A DNA stretch of 64,000 nucleotides from the NCBI GenBank assembly GCA_009103225.1, contig RHPI01001715.1:516099-580098 (forward strand). The letters run 5' to 3'. Source of the DNA: Chlorokybus atmophyticus (Eukaryota; Plantae; Mesostigma and Chlorokybus algae). Position numbers and translations under genes: made by a program. This document shows, one piece after another, positions 1-12,900 of this stretch (position 1 is the stretch's first letter; each line of letters starts with the position of its first letter). The notes below the pieces were generated by a model. That model was not told the origin of the DNA and ran no database searches. It was given only the letters and a program-made list of their open reading frames with translations.

Positions 1-129
1 ATGCACGCACGCGTGTGCACACATGCACGCACACCCACACATCTCCCATCCTCACCTTCTGTCGCTGTTGGGTCCAGGCACGCGTACCCCTTGACTGCCC
101 CGCACTGCGTGCTTGCTGTGTCGACGCAG

Positions 130-500
130 GTGCTTGGGCAGCAGTCGCCGTGGTCCCAGTCGCAGAGGGGGGTGTTGTACTGGTCGGAACACTTGGCGTC
201 CGAGTAAGGCTGCTGACAAACTGCGAGGAGGATGTCATGTTGGTTCATTCACTCTTTTGCTTAGGTGCGCGTGCGTGTGAAGGTGCGCGTGCGCGTGTGC
301 ATGTGCGTGTGCGTGAGGGCGCGTGCGCGTGCCTGTTTTTGTATGTGCATGTCTACTATGGCATCATGGTGGCTTTGCAGTGCTTACCTTGCGCATATGT
401 TGACAGGCCCAGGCACGCGACGATGAGCAGCGGCAGCACGAGGCGAGGCATGGCGCCCGACCGGCTTCTCCCCTGGCCCGGTAAAACAATACATCAATAA
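130..500 (+). CDS. Probable 3' exons of an unidentified gene that starts before the window
   Basis: GC-rich segments at 130-203 (after cgcag, before gtaagg) and from 407 (after gacag) look like exons. No family motif recognised and the frame is uncertain. Confidence 0.3.
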
Positions 501-1371
501 CATTGCAGTTGAAACGCGCAAGCGAGATGGAGGCTTAAAATTCAAGCAACGACTCTGAAGAAGAAGTAGTTGAGCTGCTTGCTTAATTGGTTCCAACCCA
601 ACTGCTTCTTGCACGCTTTGATAGATGTGTGACGGCGTATGGGCTAACTATGGTGATGCCCACATGCGTGTCCTCATTGTCAGATATACGGCACAGCTAC
701 TCACATCATCAGAAAAACGAACTAGGTTGGCAATGTTCCTTGGTTCAAACCATGTCCACAAAGTTAATTGGTGACACCCAAGTCTGGGATCCATGTTTCA
801 CTGGTCGCGAGCGTTTTTGTCTATCAGGATGCTCAAATGTATGGTAGTTGAAGTGGTTGTGAGCATAACACAACAAGACTACTGTTTGTTGTTCAACCAC
901 TCACCCTACACTCTTTCAAGCAGCTGCCGTGGCTTGGCCTGCCTCCGCCTTATCAAGCTGACAAGCTCAGCTCCAGTAGCAAACGTTGTTGTTGTTGTTG
1001 TTGCTGCTGCTGTTGTTCTACACGCTGTGGCCAGCTATGACACCGCTCAGCAGCCTTCCCACAGAAGTGTACAACTATCCACCCCTCCCCAAAAGCAAAC
1101 TATCTGAGTAGTAGGTCAGCCTACTCTACCAGACCGAATGAAGCCACCGACATATATCAACTCTCTCTCTCATACGGTAGCCATACACAAGCTTAGTTTA
1201 GCTTTGCTTAGCACGCTAAATGGTGCGCGCGTGCGTGTGTATTCCTAAGCTTACGCAAAAGCACAACTGCTGAGAGGAAGGACGGAAAAGCAACAACAGA
1301 ATCTCTCCCAAAAATGTCGCAACACCCAGAGAGGAATGATTACCACGCCGAAACCTGTTTATCCCCCAAGA

Positions 1372-2412
1372 TAGTAAGCGGCTTACTATACATGTATACT
1401 AGTGGCAAGTTGTTGACGAGGTGCAAAGGTACTGTAAGTGACTCGGGCGCAAAGCTGTGTATGAGACTCTCTCAGCCTGAGAGAAGCTCTCAACAGCAAC
1501 CCACACTGGCAGCAGTGGCTCACCACTCCACCTCTAATTGATTGCATTGCCAGTTGCAAAAGCGGTAGCGGCAGCGCCTTCAACCGTCGCCGCGCCGACA
1601 GCTCAGTTACGCTCCCGAACGACGCGCATCGGGAATACGGCAGGTGGGCGTAACGTGTCGTCATCGCAGCTACGGTTATGTGCTTGAGTTGAGCCTGGAC
1701 TGCGTAACGCGGTCACGCTCATAGGCCGAGTGTCATCCCAGCCGTCTAACCCTAATCCCCGCAGACGAGGCGACGTATTCCTGAGTAGAACCAAGACCGA
1801 GGAATTGGGTGTGATGTTGGGTTCCAGTCTCGAACTTTTAGAGGGCGGAAATGTAGTCATGTCATGCAACCTCGTACATGTACCATGCCACAATACCGGT
1901 AACTCAGCTGCCCCGTGGCCAGCCAGTGGCTGGCCAAGGAGAAGCTGAATAAGGTACAGGCGTTACAGAAGGTTACACATTGAGGGGCGGTTCCCCACAG
2001 GAATTCCCTGCCACACACGTGCGAATGGGGGGGTGAATGCACTTGAGTCGACATGCTTACCGGTATTATGAGGTATTATGATTCCTGCGACCAATTAGGG
2101 GACGAGCTTGCCCCCAATTCGTGAGTAACCGCCCAGGCCGGCCAAACAGAAGAGTTACGATTGCCAGTTTCGGCCCGGAACTTATGGGCCTCAGTCTGAG
2201 GCCCTCAGAGATGCATATTATTAAAAACAGCCAAGAATATACCAATCGCCGCCCGCGGCGATTGCGCTGTTTTTCTGGCTTGAAGACTTCTGAAAACAGG
2301 AAACGTAATCGTAACCGCTAGCTGTCGGTTACGATGCATCCACCGATCAGGTGTTCTCTGCTCGGCGAGCACTGTGCTCGACTCTCGCGGCTCGTAGGCT
2401 ACGAGTCGTAGC
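1372..2412. repeat. Cluster of short palindromes/hairpins in a non-coding tract that lacks the host TG/CA microsatellite texture
   Basis: Perfect inverted repeats at 1372-1388, 1468-1484, 1916-1936, 2186-2204, 2243-2264 (nested in 2223-2274), 2308-2335, 2366-2380, 2391-2405 and 2398-2412. Confidence 0.8.
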
Positions 2413-3062
2413 GCTTCGTGCATCTTTCATAAGCCACTCCGGGCAATCATGAAGCGTCTCAACCTCAGCCGATTCATGACTCTACACCGTAGTGCCAGGA
2501 AGGTGTTGCATATTCCATAGAGTTCTTGTGAGTGCTGTAGGCCTACTTCCCCGAGACACTGCTGTACCCAAACTTTCGCATGTCATTATGCGTTTTTCTA
2601 CAAGTCAGAACAACGCTGGCACATGGTAATACCCCATCTGTACTGCTGCATCATTGATTGACGGTACGCTGAATGCCTACAAACAGGTGCGAGTAGGTGT
2701 CTACGACACGGCTGGTGAGTCACGGCACCCGCGTCCTGTGAGGAGGCCTGTCGTAACCGCCGCGTAGGGCCTAACCGCCGAACTCCGGCTAGCATCCGCG
2801 GTTAAACCGGGCTCAGTTCATCTTAACCTCGTAACACTGATATTCAACCTTTTTTGCGGGAACAGGGCAGATATCGGATTCCCCATTAGCGTCTGGTCGG
2901 TTAGAGCTAACTATAGCAGGCCCAGGTGCTCAGTGGTCACCCTGAACAGTGTCCAGGGTGTGGGCGGCGAGGTTGGCGTGAGGAGACAGTGGCGGCGTGA
3001 GGAGAAGAGGGGGGCTTACTCCCCCGCCTCCCTCCCCTCTCTCCTCCCTGCGGACGTCCGGG

Positions 3063-6000
3063 ATGTCGCAGGGCGCCCCCGCCGCGTTGATCATCACCAA
3101 GCTGAAGAAGAGCTTGAGCAGGAGGCTCAGCAGGAGGCATGGGGAGGAGGCCGGAGGAGGCGATCCCGCCGCCGACAGCATACGACGACAGGATGAAGCG
3201 ACGCTGGCACAGCTGTGCAGGTGAACTTGGATGTTGCAGGCTGAGAAGGGTGGGTGTTGGCTTTGGAGTGCTTGTGTTGGTGGGGAGAAGCACACACCCG
3301 TTGGTTTGTTCATTCACGAAGCACACATACACGTATCAAGCTTCCATGATCATACTACACTCAGCAGCAACTGAATTGGCGTGACAAGTGCGAGCAAAGG
3401 TTCCTGCCTCCCACATTGCGCTTTTCACAGTGTCACTTAAGAGCTGGCAGCAGAATGTCGGTGCTTGACTTCCGGAAACGATACTCAGCATTGAGCTTGT
3501 TGTGGAATGGAATGTGAGTGCTTAGCAACCAGAAGTAGCACTAGTACGTGCAAGTCTACAGGGTCTTGTTCGAGCAAGGTGCAGACAGAAAGCTTGGACT
3601 GCATGCGCTCCGGTGGCAAGAAGTGTTTGGTCTAAGTAGTGTGCAGTGCGAATAGTTGGTAGCGTCCAATCACGACTCTCTTGGTCTCCTATCTACACTC
3701 AAGCAAGCCCGTGTGTGCGTGCGCGCACGTGCATACTTGACTGCGTGTGTGCGTGCATGCTCGTGCGTGGATATGCGCACCCCAGCATGTACAAGTTGCG
3801 GGCGCGAGGTGGCGAGGTTCATCATGACTGAGTCAACTTGTACTTAGATCCAAGTCGTTGGAGACGAAGTTGGGCCGATGGGCTTCCTTCACGCGAACCG
3901 TGAGCGGAAAGTTCGGCAGCAGCAAGGCTTCTGGTTGCGCTATGGAGGCCGGGCACTTGAAGCGGGGAGGTGCAGGTATGATATACAGCGGGGAAGACTT
4001 TACACTATTGTTTGGGAGTAAACACCAACACCAATGTGTGTTAACTCTCTTGCCTTGGCAGATGTGTTGGGAGAACTTCATCAGCACTACAAAGGCCGCG
4101 GCCAGCGCCGGAAGGGTTACCGCAACCTCTTCGCATTCATCGCCTTCACCGCACTCTACCTCTCTATGCTCTCACTGCAAAGGTACACAACGACAAGTGC
4201 TTGGTTGGTCGGTTGATGTGAGCGTGTGCTTAAACTGTACTCCCCTGCCTTTCTCAGGAACTCTTCCACGTCGTATCCCGTCAACAAGACGTTGATAGGT
4301 CTCGTGCCCCGGGACCCCAACTACCAGATCTACCAGAACTTGGTCTCTGTGGACCTGTTGTGGGGTTGGCTGCAAGGCGTGTTGACTGGTCCAACATGGA
4401 TGGTGAGCGTGTGTGTTCTTTGGTCGGTTTTGTAACACGAGATCGTCTATACTGTGTCTTGTCTCAACGACGTGTGGTGGATGTGTGTCTTGCCAGGACC
4501 CGAAGTGTGGTGATGGCGTGTGCGAACCTCCGTATGAGGTGCAAGGGTATGGCCGGCACGGCTGCCCTCAAGACTGCGGGTGGAGTCAACTCGTGACACG
4601 AACAGAGGTACTTTCAACCTCACAACGTAGTCCCACAGCTCCACAACTGTCCTGCATCCAGTCTAAATGTTGCTGTTGCGATGCAGGTCAAGCTGTACTA
4701 CTCCTTTCAAGACACCGCCACCCTGGCCGGCACGTACTGGAACCTATGCGGGACCTGCTCAAAGGAGTCAATGGCAGACCCCGTAAACAGCGACTGCTGG
4801 TACTACACTCATCTTGTGTCCAACATCAAGTCCCTCAACATATATACTGACCATGTGTGTGCCACACAGGTTTGACGATCTCCAGACCTTTGCCAACCGC
4901 AGCGGTGTCGTGACGGCTCAGATGTACCTCCCCGACGGCGTGTGGAACATCTGTCTGATCGCTCCCCAGGGTGGCGTGAGAGGTGTTGTCACACCCTTGA
5001 GTTCCAGCCCGTCGGAGCTGCAAGCCATCGCACTGAGCGCAAACGGGTTCAGCACCACCGTCGAGGGGAACGAGGACACGCCGCAAGTCATCAACACGGC
5101 GGCAACGGGAACCAACACGTCCATCGGGGGGTGGGGGTTCTGCGGGGACACCATTACAGCGTGCAAAAAGGTGCTTGACACTTAAGACTTGTGGCAAGCA
5201 TGGTTGTTGGGGATTGGAGCTTTGTCGTTGTGTGTGTTTTTGTGTGTGCGCGCTAACTTTGTATACGTATGGCAGAAATGTTTGAGCGTTGGGGCTTGCT
5301 TCATGAGGTGTCCTATCGAGGGTTACTCGGCGACGGACATTCAAAACTTGTGCGAGCAGCATTGCGCTGAAGCGCCATTCGCTAACATCACTGACGCAGC
5401 AAATTGCGAACTGGTACGAGGATTTGGTCATATTGTGAATCGAGATATTGATGTTGTGTCATTCTCAACGCTTGTCCTGTCCGGTTTGTTCATAGGACCG
5501 CGAAAAGTACGTTATTGCAATGGGCATCACGCCATCCGCTGCCAACTTCGACTCGTATGGAGAGTACGTAAACCCGTGCCAGGCGGTGTATGACAACTAC
5601 GACTATGCCAAAAACCTGCAAACAGCCGGTGAGTGGAAGACACACACACGCACACGCACACCTGCTTGCACGAGTTTCATGGCATCATCACAGCAAGTGT
5701 TTCTTTGATCAGATACATGCGGTGCCTTTGTCCCCAATCACTTCTGCAAGACAAGTTGGCTCGGCGATGGTCGCTGCGACACCGACTGCCTCACCGAGTC
5801 GTGCGGTTTCGACTGGGGTGACTGCTGCCTAAAAGACTGGCCCATCGGCGACGGTGAGTCCACACACAAACACAACATGTCCACATGTTGCCTTCGTTAA
5901 CACTGGTCCTGATAATGCATCTGCTCTCATTACAGGCACCGCGTGTTGCAATCTCCTCACATCCACAGCGGACAGCCCGTCCGCGCAGCCGTTCGAGTTG

Positions 6001-9000
6001 GTGAACTACTCGGCTGAGCAGAAGAAGGCGGAGAACGCACTCAATCAAGACACCGTGCATAATGCGCGCTGGAGGACGATTGGGGTCACCAATCGGTAAG
6101 CACGTTGGGCTCACTGCAAGTTGTGTCAATCCGCAACATTGTGGAGTCTGACAGTGGGAGCTGACCAATTGTGTATGCGTGCTCTGTTGCAGGGTGATTG
6201 CGGGCATGCTCATCCATCAGACGCGCTGGGCCATTGGCAACTGCTCAAATGAACGGTAAGTGCCCTTGTTGGAGCTTGTTTGCAAGTTCAATCACATGCA
6301 GCAGTGTTCACTTATGTAAAGCCCAACGTTCATGTCGGCACATTGAATCTGGTATGTGTGTCAACAGTTTCAGCCAGCTGCTGCCTCGGGACGGCGTGTG
6401 CACAGCAAAGACCCTATCGCTTGAACCCTATGGGGTCGACCCCGTCTTCCTCAAGGCCTCAACACTTTACAACAGCTCGGCTGTGGACGAACGCACGCGC
6501 TTCTACAGCGATTCAGAGGTAATATATCAACATTGCTCACCATGCCACATCATTGACAACCTCCTTAACGATGATGACTGTGTGGAAATGTGCCTGTTGT
6601 TGTGACCCTTTCAACCTTGTGCAGGTGAACAATCGCGGGGTGCCTTACGGTTTCTTTCCCTCTAAAGTGAAGGGTTACGAGGACGGCTTCCCCGTCTTCA
6701 TCGACATCAACCTCAGCCAGCAGCGCGCCGAGGACATGTTCAGCTACTTGCAAGACGGGTTCTTTATCGACATATGGACAAAGGCCGTCGTCGTCCAGTT
6801 CGTGACATACAACGGTATGTGTACTATATACATCAAGGTGGTGTTGCACAGTGGTGTGTTATGTACAATGTTCATGTTGTTGTGCCTGCACAGGTGACTT
6901 GGACTACTTCAGCAGCTTGCGTCTGAAGTTTGCTATGGTGAAGGGCGGTTTCATCCAGGTGTTGTACAGCGTTCAGACCGTGTCGGTCGAGCTTTACAAG
7001 ACGAGCATCCAGCGCTTTAGACTCTGCCTGGAGCTCCTCTACCTGATGTGCGTGGTGTTTGGCGTGTACTCCGAGGCCCACGAGCTCATACAGAGCAAGC
7101 GCAAGAAGGGAAGCTACTTGGCGTACCTCAACAACTTCTGGAATTACATCGATTGCTGCTCTATCATGCTGCAGATCACGGGCATCGTGCTTTGGTGAGT
7201 GACATTACACATGGTCATGGTATACACGCGTGTTGCATGCCCTAAGGCTAACCCCAACTCTCTTCTTTCTCTAGGGTTGTGATGGTTGCTGATGGCGCCC
7301 GCACTTTCTCAACTGGCATTCGTTACAACGTGTACGAGCCGGTAACTATCTACTCAGCGACACAGCCACCGCGTGCCCTCCAGCTGGTGGACAACGGCGC
7401 TGGCCTTAAGCAGGTGAGAGAGCTGATCTTTGGCTGCTTGCATCAACGAACTTCATCTGAAGGCTTCTCTCTCCTCTGGCTTTGTCCTTCATTCACCGGC
7501 TGCCCTTTGCTTGCAGGTGGCGGATGTGTTTGCTGCTGTACACAACCTGATCAACATGCAGCAGGCCTACATGTTTTTCAACGGGATCAAGTATGTGTTG
7601 TTCAAACAAGAACGACGCTGTTATTCGTGATGTGGCGCAGCATTCTGACACTGACCATGCTCTTGGTTTGCAGTATCATACTGATGATTGCAAGAGTCAT
7701 CAAGCTGATGGACTTCCAGCCGCGAATGGGTCTTATCACACGCACGCTGAGCCGCGCAGCCTATGAGCTGTTCCACTTCTTCTTCCTGGCATCCATCGTG
7801 TTTGTGAGCTATGGCACACTGGCGTACTTGGCCTTTGGGCACCTCATCTTTGAGGTATGCTCACAAGTCTTTTCACCTGAGCATCGCACTGCAAGTCCAC
7901 ATCACTCTCCCTTTCTTTGAACTTGCATCTTCTCTCTTTTTCTATGCAGTTCTCAACTTTGGGACGCTCTTTGGTCACGTGTTTCGAGCTCTTGCTCGGC
8001 AGGATCGAGGTAAGTAGTTGTAGTGTGGACTCTGCGCTTTGGAGTCATCATGCTCTGTGTATTGAGATAAACTTCAACAACACGACAACCAAACATTGTT
8101 TGTTCGGGCAGATCAACGAAGACCTCATGCTGCTCAACGGGTTCGAGCTGGCTCTGTCCCAGATCTTTTTCTGGACCTTTGAGATCATTGTCTTCATGAT
8201 CCTGCTCAACTTTCTGTTGGCCATCCTCATCGACGCCTTCACGGACATAACCAAGGTCAGTACTTGAAGCTGGTACCTCCCTTCAATAGTTAAAAGTACC
8301 TATCAGCTCCTAACACAACAACTTCTTCGTGTGTAGGATGCCAAGCGGTGTGCTACGATGCCCGAGGAAGTCAAGGCGATCGTCCTCGACCATTGGCGTG
8401 GCTCGCTGTACTGCGCCTACAAGGACTACGTGTCGGACTCCCACATGCTGTCGCTGCTGAAGCGGTGGCTCGCCCCCCATCTGTCGGCCCAGCAAGCCAA
8501 GGCTGCCGAGAATGAGCTGGTGAGAGAACCCGTGCTGCACATTGGCAGACAGGAGGTGACGGTGGAAGCCATTGAGGACATCCTGCACGCCATTGCAAAG
8601 GTACACACAATCAGTCGACACATGCTATAAGGCTGTGAGATCACGCTCGCGCGTGTCAATGCACCATACATACATGCGTGCGCATGTATGTACATGCGCA
8701 CACACGCGAATGTAGTAATTGCCAGAGTCCTGATGCATTCTGTTTTGCCCCGTGCAGGACACCGATGATGAGGACATGCCCATCGATGAGATGGTTGCCA
8801 CGCTTCGTCATCGTTTCAACGAGAGGCAGAAGACTTACGGCGGCAGCGGCGAGCTGGATCCCCGCGGCGCTGCAGCATTCGCTAGCGAGCCGAGCCCAGC
8901 GGTATCGACGCTATACATCCGACAGATACAGCAGCAGACGTCTGTCATGCAGGACCAACTGGCTGCCATACAGAAGCAGCTGGAGACTCTGCACGCGTCT

Positions 9001-9381
9001 CAAGCATGTAAGCGTGTGTGATTCTCACTGGCAAGCCTGATGACAAAGCGATTGTGAGGTTTGCACTTGTTAATGAGCTTGTTGTCACTGTGCGCAGTTT
9101 TTGTCGACAAGTTCAAGGAGATGAACACCGCCAAGAAGGAGGACGTCATCACGTGGCCGCAGACGCCCCCCGGCGACTCGATGGAAACCAACAGCGTGAC
9201 CAACATCTTGCAGGACGGCAGCGACAGCGCTTCGGACACCAGCAGCAATGACAACATGTCCCCTGCAGACCAGCCGGGTGCCAACATCGGCAACGATCGC
9301 AATGCGGAGGGTGATGAGGGAGGGATCACCTTCGAGAGGACTTCCAGCATGAGTGTTGACCAAACCTCCAGGTTCATCTAA
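3063..9381 (+). CDS. PKD2: Polycystin-2 (TRPP/PKD2)-like cation channel, multi-exon
   Basis: Exons give TM1 (RNLFAFIAFTALYLSMLSLQ), the Cys-rich extracellular segment DPKCGDGVCEPPYEVQGYGRHGCPQDCG typical of algal PKD2, DINLSQQRAEDMFSYLQDGFFIDIWTKAVVVQFVTYN, NNFWNYID, RVIKLMDFQPRMGLITRTL, the pore region FSTLGRSLVTCFELLLG and S6 FMILLNFLLAILIDAF. Stop TAA at 9379-9381. Start ATG at 3063 is inferred. Confidence 0.9.
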
Positions 9382-9935
9382 TGTCTCTACAACAGTAGAG
9401 ATGTACTGTTGTAGAGACTTTGTAGCATGCATGCTATCATTTTTAGTGCTTCTCCTGTCTTCGGGGCTTTCAACCTCACCTTTGAACGGTGAGAGTGGAG
9501 GCTTCGCTTCTGTACAGAGGTGGGGGGAACTACTATCTTGGAGTTGTCGCGCGAGGATGGGGTGTTACATTATTATTCTGGCAGTGTCTACAAGGAGCAC
9601 ATCAAAGGCACGCACTGCAGGCCGATATAGCGGAGGCTTTTCGCCTGCTGTGCTGGGTAGCCGCTTGTATACTAGGCCAGATGAGGGTACATACGGTATA
9701 CGTAGGGTCGAGCAATATTGGCAGCAATAAGGTACAGTGTTGAACAGCTGTGCAGGTAGAGGTGTAGTGGATAACAATGTAGTTGTATTGTAAGTAGTAA
9801 TGTAACGCACATAAAGGCTTTGGAAGGTCAGTCTGTTGCACTTCTTTTCTCTATTCATGTGGTGTGGGTCCATTGAGTTGAGCAGGCGCTTCATGGCGAA
9901 CAGACAGCTGGCACGCAAATTTATATTGCAAGTCC

Positions 9936-12900
9936 TCAACCATGCTCATCACCAATAAGCTCTGCATCTATCATGACCACACTGTTGGTGTTGTCCATAG
10001 GTTGAAGCTCGCCATGATCAGCACCTACGTCCTGGCAAACGATACAATGTGAGACTAAGTGACACAGCAACATCCATGTGCAATCGCATTGACGCTGTCG
10101 CACACCATACTGATAAACGGTTGGCATTGCAATACAATGGGAGCTATCGTGCTAACGGTGTTGGCAGTAAAACCATTCGACGGTGCACAAAATGTTGCTA
10201 AAAACTGGGCAAAAGAAGTAAACGCCATAGGCAAAATTAAACGGAGTCAGGGCAGCATTGTACTGGACGCTCACCTTTGGTTCAACGCACTGTGCCTGCT
10301 CTGCTGTCTCCATGTTGTCCGATTGGTATGCAGTGCTTGGTCCGCCCGTGTTGTCATGTTCCAACCCAGCAGCAATCCAGCCGCTGCAAAACAAGCTACA
10401 ACTCAGGGGACAAAGCCAAGCTCTAGGCTAGACACAACTGGTACACGCAAGTGTCTGGATAGCCCCGCAACTCAAAGGCAACTCCCACGCTGTCTGATGC
10501 ATTACTGGCAAGGATGAAGCACTGCATGCAGCAGACTGCTGTTGCTTTTGTCTCACCTCGCAAGCAAGAGATCGTAGACGCGACCAGTCTTGGCTGCATC
10601 TATGGCTGGGAACATGGCGAGCGCGTCCTCGCGGCCGATGCTGCCCCTCGTCACGCTCTCGCACATGAACTTCTCCTGTGATGTGTCGTTCACGCGTACA
10701 TGAGATGCACCCCATTGTCGGCATCTACGAGCAGCACCGTGAATTTGTTGTCTCACCTTGATGGCGAGGTATTGCACCGGCAGTACTCTGGAGGTGACAC
10801 ACACATCCTTCTCCTGCAAACGGCGGACAAAAGTTGTGAGCGCTCCTTACACTCACAATAACGGCACACTCTGCAACACCATCAATGCGCCATGAGCACC
10901 TTTAACGACAGCAACTCGACTCCTGGCATGCCCGTTACATCCAACATGCCCTGTTTCTTCAACACCTGGCAAACATCCGTTCATGTGGATGACCATATTG
11001 TTTTCATCCAAGCGGGTGTGCATGTATCATCACCCAACCTCAAGTGCGCACTTTCATCAACAAACCTTGCTGTTGTTAGACGCGGGGGTGGTGGAGCCTG
11101 TTGTCCCGCGCAGCTGCTGTTGTTGTATGAGGCATAGTGAGGTTCAAGACTTGTTGTGGGTTAGCAACAACATGTGCGTGTGCCTCAAGCCCACCTGAAG
11201 CTCCCTTGGAGTGGTGGCCGTTGAGGGCGGCATCAGCAGCGTGCCATCGTCGCGGTTGAGGTAGCGGCTCGTGCGGTTGTTGTTGTTGTTGCTGACGATG
11301 CCGTTGTTGACGGCATTGCTGTTGGCGTTCACATTGGCGTTGGCCAGGGCTGGTGCGAGGTTGCTCCCGCCGAGCTTGTGCGCCCCGTTGTCGCGCATCT
11401 GTGAGAAACACACTCGCACAATGTACGATGACTATGATGTCGAGTACGCATTACATGCCAACGGCAAATGTCATGAGACACACCTTTCGCATGCCGACTT
11501 CTGTTTCCCGCCGGCGCTTTTCCATGGCATACACCTGTGAGCCCAGCACGCAGCCTCAGTAATGAAAACAGCGCACACTGCATGCTGATTCATGCAACTG
11601 TGGTCACACCTCAGCTTCTGCCAAGGTCCTGATGCCCATGCTGCGGTACTCTTTCAGCTCTTCTATACGCTGACGCAACCTCCGCTCCTCTGCGCACATC
11701 CACAGGTGAAACTCACATGTGTACAATCATGCCAACATTCTCCTCAAGAAGTAATACATATAACTCTGAACCACACACTTGGCAAACATATACAACATGC
11801 TATACAAGTTCAAACAGCGTAGTATCAAGCGTATTGTACATGCACTTATGAGACGTAGCGTGTTTGTAAGCAAGCCCACGCAACACATATCAATTGTTTG
11901 ATATGCCGCGCATCGCAACAGCCAACACTCTTCTAGGGATTGAAGCTGTGTGAGTTTGCAAGCACTCACCAACGAGCCCGGCAAGGAGTGCCTCGTGTTC
12001 GGCCTGCGAGTGGAAGCGAGCAAACACACGCATCCGCGCATGCAAGTCGCGCTCATCTTTGCTGCGCTTCCTCTCCGCGGCTTGTTGCTACCAAAAGAAG
12101 ACTTATATCGCTCAGGTACAGAGTGACATGGAGACACAACAACAAGCACGACGACAACATAACCGCACCTTTTTCACGTTGAGGAGGCCGCGTTCGATCA
12201 CAAAAGCCTTGCGACGCATGCGCTCGTCCAAACGCATGTTGTACACTTCCAACATGCGCAACTGCGAATAAGTCACAGAAGTCAGATGTAATTTGCCATG
12301 AAGCGTATTGCGTTGTGACCAACCCAACAAACATGTGCCGACCGCACGCTCTCTCACCTTCAGGTTGCGGTCAGTTTCGATGTCTGTGTCTCTGCAAGGC
12401 CAAGCCAAAAGGGACCATCAGAGGTGCACACGCAATGCACGTATCTATCAACATGATTCTGGGGTAACCACACAACTGTCCGCTCACTTGAACTCCATGT
12501 CGGCGAGAGGCACCTCCGCCTCGTTGTCATACTCAGGGTCGAACTCGTTGCGCTTCGCGTTGTAACCTGCCAGGCACACAACACTCAAGTGACTTCAAGG
12601 ATGTGCATGTGACTGTGACAACAAAAACCACCATAGGACCAACAACCAAAACTTCATTGCCATGGGTAAATGACACCATCCAGACAGACGATAGAAAACT
12701 GACGCGTGGGCAACAACAGCTGTCTTAAATCCGCTGCACACAAGTCTTGTCAAGATGTGTACGTGCCACACACAGACCCATATGCTTGGCGGTCGGGCAC
12801 ACTTGTTCTCACCAGTAAGTTCAGGGGCGTTGTTGGTGTTGACACCCGCAGCCACATTCTTGCCAGCTCCGGTGCCGAGGCCAGTCTTGTTGCTGTCTGC

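Noticed and set aside
1900-2400. Frame interrupted mostly by TGA, suggesting a mitovirus-like or capsid-like ORF in a UGA=Trp code
   Set aside because: No RdRp GDD motif or convincing capsid signature was found, and the stop density is compatible with chance. Left as an open option in the palindrome finding.
2901-2920. TTAGAGCTAACTATAGCAGG resembling the Cas9 sgRNA scaffold start
   Set aside because: The match is short, the scaffold is an engineered fusion, and there is no repeat array, tracr remainder or nuclease gene nearby. Treated as chance.
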